From contig CAWHCQ010000012.1 in assembly GCA_963827755.1 (NCBI GenBank), positions 107,843 to 171,842 of the forward strand: DNA of 64,000 nt. The letters are read 5' to 3'. Position 1 is the first letter of the stretch; the number at the start of each line of letters is the position of its first letter. Shown here piece after piece: positions 35,051 to 45,981 of this stretch. Source of the stretch: an uncultured Gammaproteobacteria bacterium. Lineage in GTDB: Bacteria; Pseudomonadota; Gammaproteobacteria; UBA9214. The notes below the pieces were generated by a model. The model made no database searches. It was not told the origin of the DNA and worked only from the letters and a program-made list of their open reading frames with translations. The position numbers and the translations under genes were made by a program.

Positions 35051-35560
35051 TTATTGCTGAGCAGGACTCAGCCAGGCAAACATAACGCTTGCCAGCAACA
35101 TCATCAACAACAGGACCCGCAAGCGTCTTGAATCCGGTCGCTTGCTTTCGGATGACATGGCACCGGCAAACAGGTAGTGGCTTAACAGGGTATTGGCATC
35201 TTTACCACGACGGTTCGGTGTTGTTCTGCGTTCTCCATGGGATTTCAGGTGATGCTTGTCATTAGTACTGCGACGGTCATTGCGGCGCTCATCCGCCTTC
35301 ATATGAGCAATCACCAGCCGCTCATAGTCATCCCGGCCGGATTGACCTGCCAGTTCGGCCGGCAGCAGGCTGGCAAGACGCCGTGCAACAGACCAGTTCT
35401 CACGGTCCTGGCTGAGCTCGTCATCCAGGCGTATACGCCCGAGTAATAGATAGCTGGAGATATTTTCAGCCGTAAATGGCCCGCGCATTACTCCGTCACG
35501 CCGCGTATACCAGCACCTTCCAGGATGCTCGTCATGCTTGACGGGAGATATCAGGCTCAT
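35051..35560 (-). CDS. hypothetical protein: GYF_2-like N-domain, ERR/DRR-rich linker, C-terminal TM
   Basis: WY...GPF...L.LGRI...W pattern, DERRNDRR/ERRTTPNRR and a hydrophobic C-terminus; 13 nt after fliA. Confidence 0.65.
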   Translation of the reverse strand: MSLISPVKHDEHPGRCWYTRRDGVMRGPFTAENISSYLLLGRIRLDDELSQDRENWSVARRLASLLPAELAGQSGRDDYERLVIAHMKADERRNDRRSTNDKHHLKSHGERRTTPNRRGKDANTLLSHYLFAGAMSSESKRPDSRRLRVLLLMMLLASVMFAWLSPAQQ

Positions 35561-35573
35561 CGTTTTTCGCTCG

Positions 35574-36302
35574 TTATTCGACCAGCCAGTTCTCCATGCG
35601 TGCACGCAAACGAATCAATGCCTGGCCGTGAATCTGGCACACCCTTGATTCGCTCACACCGAGTATGTCACCGATCTCACGCAGGTTGAGTTCTTCGTCA
35701 TAGTAGAGGGCCATTACCAGGCGCTCACGCTCAGGCAAACCCTTGATGGCCTCGGCCAGACCCTCCTTGAAATCTTCATTCTGCAGGGTATCCAGCGGCT
35801 GGTTCAGCTCGCGGCTGTTGCTGGCATAACCTTCCTCGCCGGCGTTCCCGGGATCTTCAAAACTGAATATCCGGCATCCTGTCGCATCCTGCAGGATCTT
35901 GTGATAATCCTCCAGTTCAAGGCCCATGGCTTCAGCAACCTCCACGTCTCGCGCATCGCGACCCTTCTCGTTCTCGATCTTGCGTACAGCCTCTGCAACC
36001 TCGCGCGCCTTGCGATGCACGGAACGCGGCGTCCAGTCGGTGCGCCGTATTTCGTCAAGCATGGCACCGCGAATCCTGATTCCGGCATAGGTCTGGAAAC
36101 TTGCCCCCTGTTCCGGATCAAACTTTCTCGATGCCTCTATCAGGCCGATCATGCCAGCCTGGATCAGGTCATCTACCTGCACGCTGGCCGGCAAACGGCT
36201 CATCAAGTGATAGGCAATACGCTTGACAAGTGTTGCATGGCTTTCGACAAGGTCGTTATTCGCTCTAAATTCACCAGCCTGTTTCGCTGTATTGGATTTC
36301 AT
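35574..36302 (-). CDS. fliA: RNA polymerase sigma-28 factor
   Basis: Motifs DDLIQAGMIGL, RIRGAMLDE, DWTPRSV and SESRVCQIH. Confidence 0.96.
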   Translation of the reverse strand: MKSNTAKQAGEFRANNDLVESHATLVKRIAYHLMSRLPASVQVDDLIQAGMIGLIEASRKFDPEQGASFQTYAGIRIRGAMLDEIRRTDWTPRSVHRKAREVAEAVRKIENEKGRDARDVEVAEAMGLELEDYHKILQDATGCRIFSFEDPGNAGEEGYASNSRELNQPLDTLQNEDFKEGLAEAIKGLPERERLVMALYYDEELNLREIGDILGVSESRVCQIHGQALIRLRARMENWLVE

Positions 36303-37186
36303 GACAACACCTCCACGTTTATATCTTCATTTTGAATAAGACGTTCTACAAAAAATTCCAGGTGTCCGCCTGCACGGTCAGGCCGTGGCCATGCAAGTAC
36401 CCGCCTGGCCAGACTCTTGAGTGCCATTGCAGCGCGGCTGCGCGGAAAGGCAGCAACAACTGCCTGATGCTGCGAAACAGCATTGCGGAGATTCTCATCG
36501 AAAGGAATAAAACCGGTATAGGAACAAATGATATTGTGATTTGTCGAAGTCAGGCGCTGCAATGACCTGAATGTTTCTTCGCCTTCGGCGGCGGTCCTGA
36601 CCATGCTGGCCAGTATCCGGAAACGCGAAATTCCGAACTCCGATGACAACATATGGATCTGTGCCGCGCTATCCCTGAGCGAAGCCGGCTCATTGCAGAC
36701 GACCACCAGGACTTCGGTCGCAGCACTGCAAAAACTGGTGACGACATCGGAAATTCCGGTAGCCGTATCGATCACCAGGGTATCAACAGGCTCTCTCAGA
36801 TCACTGAATGCGCGAACAAGTCCGGCACATTCATTGATGCCGACATTCGCCAGTTGCCTGATACCCGATGCCGCTGGAATAATCATCAGGTTATCCGTGC
36901 CATCAAGAATGACATCTTCCAGCAGGCATTCGCCGCTAAGGACATCGAGCAGGGTTATGTGCGCATCCAGGCCAAGCAACACGTCAACGTTTGCCATGCC
37001 AAGATCGGCATCCAGCAACATGGTGCGATGCCCTTCAGCCGCCAGCGCCAATGCAAGGTTGACGGCAATGTTGGTCTTGCCGATGCCGCCCTTGCCGCCG
37101 GTCACGGCAATTACCTGCACCGGCCGCTTGTCCGTGGCTTGTGTTGCTGCCTCGCAGCCACCCAGCTTGACTTCAGACTGTGGCAT
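36299..37186 (-). CDS. fleN: FleN/FlhG MinD-like ATPase
   Basis: Motifs VTGGKGGIGKTN, LDADLGMANVDVLLG and C-terminal GGHLEFFVERL; overlaps the fliA start. Confidence 0.88.
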   Translation of the reverse strand: MPQSEVKLGGCEAATQATDKRPVQVIAVTGGKGGIGKTNIAVNLALALAAEGHRTMLLDADLGMANVDVLLGLDAHITLLDVLSGECLLEDVILDGTDNLMIIPAASGIRQLANVGINECAGLVRAFSDLREPVDTLVIDTATGISDVVTSFCSAATEVLVVVCNEPASLRDSAAQIHMLSSEFGISRFRILASMVRTAAEGEETFRSLQRLTSTNHNIICSYTGFIPFDENLRNAVSQHQAVVAAFPRSRAAMALKSLARRVLAWPRPDRAGGHLEFFVERLIQNEDINVEVLS

Positions 37187-37277
37187 GTGAATGTTCCCCG
37201 GTTGTTTGCAGTGCGCGACGTTTGCTCATGACTTTTCCTGTTTATGTGGTTACGTATTTGTGCGTACCTACCTATCA

Positions 37278-37293
37278 AGCAAATTGCATACCA
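37278..37293 (-). promoter_or_regulatory. sigma54 (-24/-12) promoter for fleN-fliA
   Basis: Minus strand reads TGGTATGCAATTTGCT (GG-N10-GC), about 90 nt upstream of fleN. Confidence 0.7.
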
Positions 37294-37537
37294 GATTTTT
37301 TCAGCCATGAAAAAAGTCCGAAAAAAATCGCCAAGTAATTGTATTTAAATAATATATTAGAAATTGATCAGCAGGCGGGGTAAGGTGATAGTGCGTCATA
37401 TACTTGACGAACCGGAATGAATGCCAGGGATCCGGCGCTTTTATGCAGGAGGTTGGCGGACGGAATGCCGGGGCAACAGACAGCAGGGTCAGCCGCCCCG
37501 GGCGATGCTGAAGTGACACTTCAGCGGGGCGGGTACT

Positions 37538-39782
37538 TCAGCCGGAAGCGCGGGCAGCGGCTAACCAGCTTGAGAAATGCTCGTCCGGCAAGGGTTTGCA
37601 CATATGAAATCCCTGGGCTGCATCACAGCCGAGACTGTCGAGCATATCCCAGGAGGAACTGTTTTCCACGCCTTCTGCTATGACCTTGAAGCCGAGGTTA
37701 TGTCCCAGGTCGATAATTGAACGCACAACGGCGACATCCTGCTGACCGGAGGCAGGGTCCGTTATGAATGACTGGTCAATCTTCAGTGCGTGTATCGGCA
37801 GATGCTTCAAGACGGGAAAGCGAGGAATAACCGGTGCCAAAATCGTCAATCGCAACCGATACGCCGCAATCACTCAACTGCATCAATACCTCCGCTGCAT
37901 GATCAATATCCCGCATCAGTGTCGCTTCGGTTATTTCTATTTCCAGACAGTCTCCATCAACGCCTGCCTCGTTTATTGCTTTGCGTATTCTGTCAAGCAA
38001 GCGTGGATCGTGAAAGGTTTGCGCAGAAAGATTTACGGATACCGGCACGGGTGTGCCCTCGAACGACCATTGCCTGCACTGCAGCAACGCCGTGAGCAGC
38101 ACCCAGTCAGTTAACTGCGTTATCAATCCCAGTTGTTCTGCAAGAGGAATGATCCTTTGCGGCATTAGCACGCCTTCCAGGGGGTGAATCCAGCGCAACA
38201 GGGCCTCGGCAGCGTTGATACGCGAGGTCTGCATATCAAGCTGCGGCTGGTAATACAGTTCAAACTCGTCGTTTTCCAGCGCAGCAGGCAGTTGTCCGGA
38301 AAAACGCAACTGTTCGACCGGACTGACATCAGTCAACGGGGCAAAATACTGATAAGGCAAACCATCCCGCCTGGCACGCTTCAGGGCATTTTCTGCATTC
38401 TCGAGCAGGGATTCCTCATTCATGCCATTTTCAGGAAAACAGCTGATTCCAAGCGTGACGCCAACACACAACTGTTTGTCCCGTACGAGAAAAGGTATGT
38501 TCATTGCATCCAGAATCCGGGTGATGACACGATCCGCCGCAGCCCTTGCATGACTCGCAGGCTGCAACATGATACCGAAGCAATCAGCCCCCAGACGTGC
38601 CAGCAAATCTGACTCGCGCACAAGCGCATGCAGGCGCCTGGCAACATCATGCAGAAGGATGTCGCCAACATCATCTCCAAGGGTATCGCTGTACATCCTG
38701 AATTGATTGATATCCAGCACTATCACAACAAGCTGTGAACCGGGTACGCGCCTGGACACTGCCAGTGCCATGCTCAAATGACTCATCCAGAGTGCACGGT
38801 TCGGTAATTGCGTGAGCTTATCGGTCGTCGCGAGGCGTTCAGATTCGCTGCGCTCAGCAGTCAGCTGGTGGATGTCCTCTACAACGCAATGAATCTTTGC
38901 AGTTCGACCCAGACGGTTGCATACCGGATAAAACGCAACCCGGTACCAGTGTAATTCTCCACCGGCAAGCGACATGCGCACGTCGACATGACCGGTACTT
39001 CCATCGACAGCGTTCGTCCAGCCCGTAAGCAGCTTCTGCCGATCTTCCTCGCAGGTGTCAGACAAGCAGGGTAATGGCGCCTCCAGGCCTTCCCCGTACA
39101 GGCCCTGCGAGGACCGGTTTGCGAAAACCACGTTATTTTTCCTGACGTCCACGCTCCAGAACAGGCCGGGCAAACTGTCGAGCAACTCTTCAGCCCTGCC
39201 CCGGTCCTTTTCAAGACGGGCCAGTTCGCTGCCGACAGACTCCCCGGCTGCCTGCCAATAACCCTCCATGACCAGGCCAAGGTTTCGAAGCAACAACCTG
39301 TTCAGCACAGATTCAAGTTTCCGGCTGTCATCCGGCGCGAGGTTCAGACCGGGTAACAGCCCTTTAAGATGATCGATAAACAGATGATAGGTAGCGATAA
39401 TCCAGACCGGCTTGAAACCCTGCTCGAAGTGTTGCGCACCCGCTCCTGCCAGTGTGTTTTCATGGCCAGAATCTTTTTCCGGCACAAACACATCAAACAG
39501 GCAGGCCAGCTGCGCACGAACCCATTGGCCGATATCGCCCCCCTTTCTTTCGCAGGAATACAATATGTTGGCAATATCGGGGTTTCCGAACAGGTATTCA
39601 TAATATATCTCTGCAAACCCGGTGGCTGCACGGGCAATACGATCCCGATATCTGTTGAAAATCCGGTTATCTTCAGCCGATAACCGAAACACATAGTAAT
39701 ATTCTTTTGCGTAAACACCCTGCCGGTTTATCGCATCAACTGATGCAGGACTGGCATTACGATTGTTCTTTTTTTCTGTCAT
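37538..39782 (-). CDS. globin-coupled PAS-GGDEF(degenerate)-EAL protein (apparent frameshift near 37815)
   Basis: Protoglobin-like FAEIYYEYL...GAQHFEQG, PAS-like segment, D.LT.LPNR with RLGADCF, intact AEALLRW and DDFGTGYSS. The C-terminus (KIDQSF, AEGVE, QG) is in ORF 37538..37873. Confidence 0.85.
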
Positions 39783-40132
39783 GACCTGAATCGGGTTATG
39801 ATTTTCATTAAACGATTGCGCAAGCACCGGGACATCAATCGGAGCTGCACTCGAACACACACAATGACCCGGTCGCCTGTATGTCAGTACGACGGATCAG
39901 GGTAATCAGCAAATGAAATAATTATTATTCCCGGAAAGCCCCCTCCCGGTCATATTTTGCGAATGAATCTACCACAGCAACGATTCGGGAGAAAGTCTGT
40001 TTATCGACAACAGTTCATCTGTTATCGCGCCAGCATGCGAATGCTATGCTATTAATCGCTTTCTTTATGACATTAACCGGAACCGGTTAACGTTGTCCGA
40101 CACAAAAGTTTACAAAATAGTTGTCGTCAGGG

Positions 40133-41563
40133 TTATGACGCTTGCGAGTTTCTCTGCAGACCATACTTGCGAAGTTTTTCTACCAGCGTTGTTCTGCGCA
40201 TACCCAGCCGTTTGGCCGCATGCGCCACCACACCACCTGATTCCGACAAGGCCTGCTTGATGTAACTGATTTCCAGGGATCCAAGGTGCTCCTTCAGATT
40301 CAAGCCATCCCTGGGAAGACGCGGATCAAGATCCTCCGAGGTAACCGGGGAACCGATCAAGGCATCGAGCATTTGCTCGGAAACCTCGCCATCGTCGCTG
40401 CGGAATTTTTCCGGAAGATCGGCCGCGTCAACAACGGCATACGGATGCAGGATTGCGAGACGCTCGATCAGGTTGGCCAGCTCCCTGACGTTGCCGGGCC
40501 AGCTATACTGGCAGAGCGCGTAAATAGCGGCCGGTGAAAACCTCACCGAGCCGCGCTTCTCGTGCTCGATCCGGCGCACCAGTTCGTTGGTCAGCAGGGG
40601 AATATCCTCGAGCCGCTGACGCAACGGCGGCATCTCGATCGGGAACACGTTCAGCCGGTAAAAAAGGTCCTCGCGAAATTCGCCCGCGGCGATCGCCTCC
40701 TCCAGGTTTTTGTGCGTCGCTGCAATAATCCGCACGTCTGTGGTAATGGTTTGATTCGACCCGATGCGTTCAAAAGTACGCTCCTGCAGGACGCGCAATA
40801 TCTTGACCTGCATCTGCAAGGTCATGTCGCCGATTTCATCGAGAAACAGGGTGCCCCCGTTGGCCATTTCGAAGCGGCCCTCACGATCCGAAATCGCCCC
40901 GGTAAACGCGCCCTTGGTGTGGCCGAAGAGTTCAGACTCAAGCAAGTCACCCGGAATTGCGCCGCAGTTGACCGGCACGAAAGGCCCGTTGCGACGGGCA
41001 GAATAATAATGGAGGTTCCTGGCTACGACTTCCTTGCCGGTTCCGGACTCGCCCAGAATAAGCACGTTGGCATCGCTTTCAGCAACCTGCTTGATCATTT
41101 TCCTGACATCCTGAACCGCGCGGCTGCTGCCAACCAGGCTTCTGAACAACTCAACCGGGCGATGGGGCACGGCCTCGGACTGCTGCGACTCCACGTAGAC
41201 CTCGGCCTGGTGCAGGGCACTCGTCAACTGGGCGTAATTCGGGGGAACGTCCAGACGTCCGAGAATGCAGGAGCCCGGGTCGATGGTAATCGTTGGTTCC
41301 TTGCCCTTCTCGGAGAGTAAATATATCGGCAGATTTTCATCAACATCATGAATTTCGCCGACGATCTTCGACAACCTCGCGTCTGTTTCGCACGAGCCGA
41401 TCATGACCGTCAAAAAATCGGAACAGTCGCCGGCCCGTTCTTTCCAGCGGTCACAATCACTGACCAGCAACGGGGCACAATTGACGAACTTGAGGACGGC
41501 CTGCAGTTCTTTTCCCTTCTCCGGATCTGAATCGATTATCAAGACCTTGGGTTCGCTTTGCAT
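40133..41563 (-). CDS. fleQ: sigma54-dependent flagellar master regulator FleQ/FlrA
   Basis: FleQ-type N-domain, [22 protein letters not shown] and C-terminal [16 protein letters not shown]. Confidence 0.9.
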   Translation of the reverse strand: MQSEPKVLIIDSDPEKGKELQAVLKFVNCAPLLVSDCDRWKERAGDCSDFLTVMIGSCETDARLSKIVGEIHDVDENLPIYLLSEKGKEPTITIDPGSCILGRLDVPPNYAQLTSALHQAEVYVESQQSEAVPHRPVELFRSLVGSSRAVQDVRKMIKQVAESDANVLILGESGTGKEVVARNLHYYSARRNGPFVPVNCGAIPGDLLESELFGHTKGAFTGAISDREGRFEMANGGTLFLDEIGDMTLQMQVKILRVLQERTFERIGSNQTITTDVRIIAATHKNLEEAIAAGEFREDLFYRLNVFPIEMPPLRQRLEDIPLLTNELVRRIEHEKRGSVRFSPAAIYALCQYSWPGNVRELANLIERLAILHPYAVVDAADLPEKFRSDDGEVSEQMLDALIGSPVTSEDLDPRLPRDGLNLKEHLGSLEISYIKQALSESGGVVAHAAKRLGMRRTTLVEKLRKYGLQRNSQAS

Positions 41564-41992
41564 GTGAATTCCTGAAGGTGTGGTTATTTTGACTGATTAT
41601 TATAAAAACCGGAGAATTATTAAAGTTATTTATGAACGATCTCTGTACTCGCCTATCCCGCTGAAGTTAACCACCCCGAAGCAAGGTTGTCAAAACATCA
41701 CTGCTGGCAAACAAATACGTAATGTCGGGACTTTACATCGACCCTGCGGGTCTTTCTATCTCATTGTAAAAAGTTAACAATCCGGGCTGACGGAAAATAC
41801 ACCCCTTCGGGCAGGCCTGCTCGTCCGTGCCCCCGCCTTATCGCTTCCCGCCAGGGGTTTTATACCGCTCGACAGAACCCTGCAGCTGAATAACCGGCAT
41901 CAGCATCACCCTGCCGGTGTCTGTCAATCTGAATGATAGACCAGGTTTCGCCATTTTTTCGCCGCTTTGTGATCGACACCCCAAAATCACCC

Positions 41993-42019
41993 TAAACTCA
42001 CCCCCGGCGGTGACGATAC
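41993..42019 (+). promoter_or_regulatory. putative sigma28 promoter for the flgM-like gene
   Basis: TAAA-N15-GACGATAC directly upstream of ORF 42036. Confidence 0.6.
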
Positions 42020-42035
42020 CTTTACTAGATCAATT

Positions 42036-42272
42036 GTGATCAGTACCAACAACAATCACCGACAAACAAGCCGCAAAATTTACCAAAAACGGTACAAGCA
42101 TCCTATGATTATTCAACCGCCAGATATCCCGGAAATCAGTACAAGCCGGATTGATACCATCCGTAACCGGCTGGATGAGGATAACTACATTGTCGACATT
42201 CAACAGATAACCAGCAAATTCATTGACCTGGAAATAGCCCTGACGGGGCCAGGCAACGCACGGGTCGCCTGA
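42036..42272 (+). CDS. flgM: FlgM-like anti-sigma28 factor (short; alternative start 42105)
   Basis: PEISTSRIDTIRNRLDEDNYIVDIQQITSKFIDLE matches the FlgM C-terminal pattern P(E/D)...(K/R)(V/I)..I...I..G.Y.VD...IA.K. It lies near fliA and has a sigma28-like promoter. Confidence 0.65.
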   Translation: MISTNNNHRQTSRKIYQKRYKHPMIIQPPDIPEISTSRIDTIRNRLDEDNYIVDIQQITSKFIDLEIALTGPGNARVA

Positions 42273-42381
42273 GCAGACTCTCTTCCCGAAATCCGGATTC
42301 ATCCTTCATATAGAATGCTCTTTGTACAGGGTGTTAGAATGCCGTCTGGTTTTTCAGGAATAAACCTATTAAACCTGTAAC

Positions 42382-42457
<76 letters not shown>

Positions 42458-42509
42458 CTTTTCATTGGACAGGCTCGTGTCTGGCCTCTTTTCGATTATC
42501 CGCACCAGG

Positions 42510-42586
42510 GTCCCGGTAGCTCAGCTGGATAGAGCAAGCGCCTCCTAAGCGCTAGGTCGGAGGTTCAAATCCTCTCCGGGACGCCA
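42510..42586 (+). tRNA. tRNA-Arg(CCT)
   Basis: Anticodon arm AGCGC-CTCCTAA-GCGCT, GGTTCAAATCC T arm, 3' GCCA. Confidence 0.95.
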
Positions 42587-42610
42587 TTTTAAAAACAGGC
42601 GCGCTGCCCC

Positions 42611-44783
42611 TTACACCACCCGGCGCGCCTCGACCACGTTCGGCAACTGGCCGATCAGGGTAAGCACACGACTCAGTTGCCCGATGTCGGAAATCTCCAG
42701 CGTCAGCCGCATGCGGGCAATCCCGTCGCGCTTGTCGGTTGCCGTATTGACGCCGCCCAGGTTTATTTTTTCATTGGCCAGCAAGGCCGTGATATCGCTG
42801 AGCAGGCCGGAGCGGTCATAGGCCTGCACCGATATCTCCACCGGGTACGTGTCTTCGAAAGACTCCCCCCACTCCACCTCGATCAGGCGGTCCCGGTCAT
42901 CGCCCTGCAACCTCAGCACATTGCCGCAATCCTGGCGGTGAATACTGACACCACGCCCGCGCGTGATATAGCCGACAATCGGGTCATTCGGAACCGGGCG
43001 GCAGCACCGCGCGATGGTTGTCAACAGGTTGCCGACACCAAGAATCTTTATTCCGCCGGGTGAGCTGGGCTGCTTCTTTTTCCTCGCTGCGTTTCTTTTC
43101 CGGCTGCACAGGGGCGCTGCGCGGCACCAGTTCGCTGGCGGCATTGGCAAGCTGGCCGGTGGTGATATCACCCCGCCCGATCGTTGCCAGCCATTCATCC
43201 ACCTGCTTGAAATTGAACCGGCCTGCCATTTTCTCGATGGGCAAGCCGCTGATACCAAGGCGATGGTATTCCCGGTCAAGAATCGCGCGGCCGGCACTGA
43301 CATTGAGCTCGTAGTCCTGGTGCTTGAACCAGGCACGGACACGCGAGCGCGCGCGGGAGGTCTTCAGGTAGCCCAGGTGGGTATTGAGCCAGTCCCGGCT
43401 CGGCCCGCCGTGGCGGGCGGTCAGGACCTCGACCTGCTCGCCGTTTTGCAATTCCCGGGTCAAGGGCACGATGCGGCCATTCACCTTTGCACCGCGACAG
43501 CGATGTCCAACCTCGGTATGGACCGCATAGGCAAAATCCAGAGGCGTTGCACCCTGCGGCAAATCGATAATCCTGCCCTGCGGGGTCAGGACATAGATAC
43601 GCTCGAGGAAGGCCTCGGATTTGAAACCGGTCGACAAAATCACCGGCACTGTGCTCCTCGTCCTTCCATTCAAGCAACTGCCTCAGCCAGGCAATCTTTT
43701 CCTCGTAGCCGGGATCAAAACCGCTGCCTTCCTTGTAGCGCCAGTGGGCCGCGACGCCCAGCTCGGCATGCCGGTGCATTTCCTCGGTGCGAATCTGTAT
43801 CTCCAGGGTGGCGTTTTCCGGCCCGACGACGGCCGTATGCAGGGAGCGGTAGAGGTTGTCCTTCGGGTTGGCGATGTAGTCGTCGAACTCCTTCGGGATG
43901 TGGCGCCACAGGCCATGCACGATACCCAGTGCGGCATAACAGTCCTTTTCCTCCTTTACCAGTATACGTACCGCGCGCATGTCGAAGATCTGGTCAAAAT
44001 CCAGGTGCTTGCGCTGCATCTTTCTCCAGATGCTGTTGATGTGCTTGGGGCGGCCGCTGATCACCGCCCGAATACCCTCCTTTTTCAGGGCCGCTGTCGA
44101 GAATATCGATGACCTTGTTGATGTAACGTTCACGCTCTTCCCGGCTTTCATGCAGCTGGTCCACCAGGTTCTGGTAGGCATCCGGTTCCAGGTAACGCAA
44201 CGCCAGGTCCTCCAGCTCCCACTTGATCTGCCAGATACCGAGACGGTTGGCCAGCGGCGCGTAGATCTCCATGGTCTCCCGGGCAATGCGCTGCTGCCGT
44301 TCCTTGTCCAGGTGCTCCAGGGTGCGCATGTTGTGCAGCCGGTCGGCCAGCTTGATCAGCACCACGCGGACATCTTCCGCCATGGCCAGCAGCAGCTTGC
44401 GCAGGCTCTCGGCCTGCCCGCCTTCATAGAGGCCGGCCTTGCCGGCGTCCTGGAATTCACCGATGCGGTCCATTTTGGTGACGCCGTCCACCAGGCGGGC
44501 AATCACCGGGCCAAAACCGTCCTCGATCTCCTTCAGGGTAAGCGTCGTATCCTCGACGACATCATGCAAAATCGCAGCCGCGATTGTTTCATGGTCGAGT
44601 TTCAGCCCGTTGAGGATCGCGGCCACCGCCAGCGCATGCAGGTAGTAGGGCTCCCCCGAGGCGCGCTGCTGGTGCTGGTGGGCCTCGACGGCCGTGTTGA
44701 CGGCCCTCGTGAGGATCGCCCGGGCGTCGTCGGGACGATCGGCGAGCAGCGATCTCGACGCTCTGCCGGGCTGCCTCCTTCAC
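42611..44783 (-). CDS. relA: (p)ppGpp synthetase RelA, long RSH (frameshifts near 44750, 44100, 43620 and 43060)
   Basis: Successive frames give QRASGEPYYLH/HDVVED, RPKH/EFDDY/EIQIRT, the TGS domain (DFAYAVH), and ZFD (ARCCRPVP) plus ACT domains. The start is approximate. Confidence 0.88.
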
Positions 44784-45079
44784 GCCTGATTCTGCCTGCA
44801 AAGGCCTGATCCTGAATGACATCGGCCCAGGCGCACGGAGTACATACGCCCGTTTAACCGGCAGGATTTCCTGTTTTCCATTCGCATCAGCGTCCTCTGT
44901 ATATCTCCTTGTTTACAATGAGAATAGTATCTTATAATGAATGCGGACGCGAAACCTGTAGTGGCCACCGATATTGTAAAGTAATCCAGACAATCCTGTG
45001 GGCGAGGCCGAATACCGCTAAGCCCTTGTTATGAATATAAGTTGCATGAAGTCATGGTATTAGACAAGCTATATAGCTG

Positions 45080-45096
45080 TGTCAGGATATCTTACA
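45080..45096 (+). promoter_or_regulatory. putative enhancer-binding-protein site (TGT-N11-ACA)
   Basis: TGTCAGGATATCTTACA about 75 nt upstream of the sigma54 promoter. A second TGT-N12-ACA is near 44975, and an IHF-like AATCAATGATATA is at 45151. Confidence 0.5.
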
Positions 45097-45168
45097 AAGC
45101 GGCTGGCAGTTACTCGAGTAACTGCTCCCAACGATGGTATATCGCTTTAAAATCAATGATATATAAAG

Positions 45169-45185
45169 TTGGCACTGATTGTGCT
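45169..45185 (+). promoter_or_regulatory. sigma54 (-24/-12) promoter
   Basis: TTGGCACTGATTGTGCT (GG-N10-GC) upstream of the PEP-CTERM-type gene. Confidence 0.75.
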
Positions 45186-45273
45186 TTTATTTAACCGTGC
45201 AAAGGCAGACTTCGCTATGATCTGTCTTCACACATTCACCAACAATCACACAGAGATCTAGAGAGGAAGTAAA

Positions 45274-45953
45274 ATGTTAAAAATCATAATTAAACCAATG
45301 ATCACCATGTTTGCCCTGTTCGCACTGGCTGGTACTGCAACCGCAGCCCCATCAGATATTCCAGACTGGACCCAGATCGGCGGTGCAAACCCGGTTACGC
45401 CAACCAATATCCTCAGCACTGGCGGCGATTTCAAGTACAAGGTGGGCAGCAAGGGCAGTGTCAAGATGAGCTACAAGGCCAAGGGCAGCAAGGGTGCGGT
45501 CACCCTCAATGACGTCTCACTTGGTGGCGGTACACAGTTAGGCAACAGCATCACTATCCAGAAGTCAAAAGTTGATGTCAAAAAAGGTAAAATTAAAATA
45601 ACCGGCATCGACCCCCTGGGGACTTCCAATAAAAAGGTGACCCTCGTGACGGCTGAGTACGATGAATCGGCGTTCTTCTTTGACTACTCCGGCACGCTGC
45701 CCGGTCTTCGGGTCATGACCTGTTCGGTGTGAGCACATTCAACATCGATTGCCCCGTGTGGAGCTTCTGCACCACAGCTGAGAGCTTCTACGTTGCCGGC
45801 GACTTCGGAAACGACCCCAACAAGATCAAGCTTAAAGGTTCCAAGGGTGGCGCAACGGCTGTGACGACCATTCCGGTTCCTGCGGCAGTCTGGCTGTTCG
45901 GCTCCGGTCTTCTCGGCCTGGTCGGTGTTGCACGACGCAGGAAACATAGCTGA
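45274..45953 (+). CDS. PEP-CTERM-type (VPLPA-CTERM) exosortase-sorted surface protein (frameshift near 45705)
   Basis: GAGG RBS and signal peptide (ATA-A) in 45274..45732; C-terminal IPVPAAVWLFGSGLLGLVGVARRRK in the 45953 frame. Confidence 0.85.
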
Positions 45954-45981
45954 ATCACTAAAAATACGTCTCTGTGAATTC

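Noticed and set aside
39990-40130. Sigma28 promoter for the globin-EAL gene
   Set aside because: A -10-like GTCGATAA exists on the minus strand, but there is no -35 element at 15-nt spacing.
41579-41702. Possible FleQ boxes (GTCAAAATAACCAC on the minus strand, GTCAAAACATCAC) upstream of fleQ
   Set aside because: Only half-site matches to the Pseudomonas GTCA-N6-TGAC consensus; too weak to call without an orthologue alignment.
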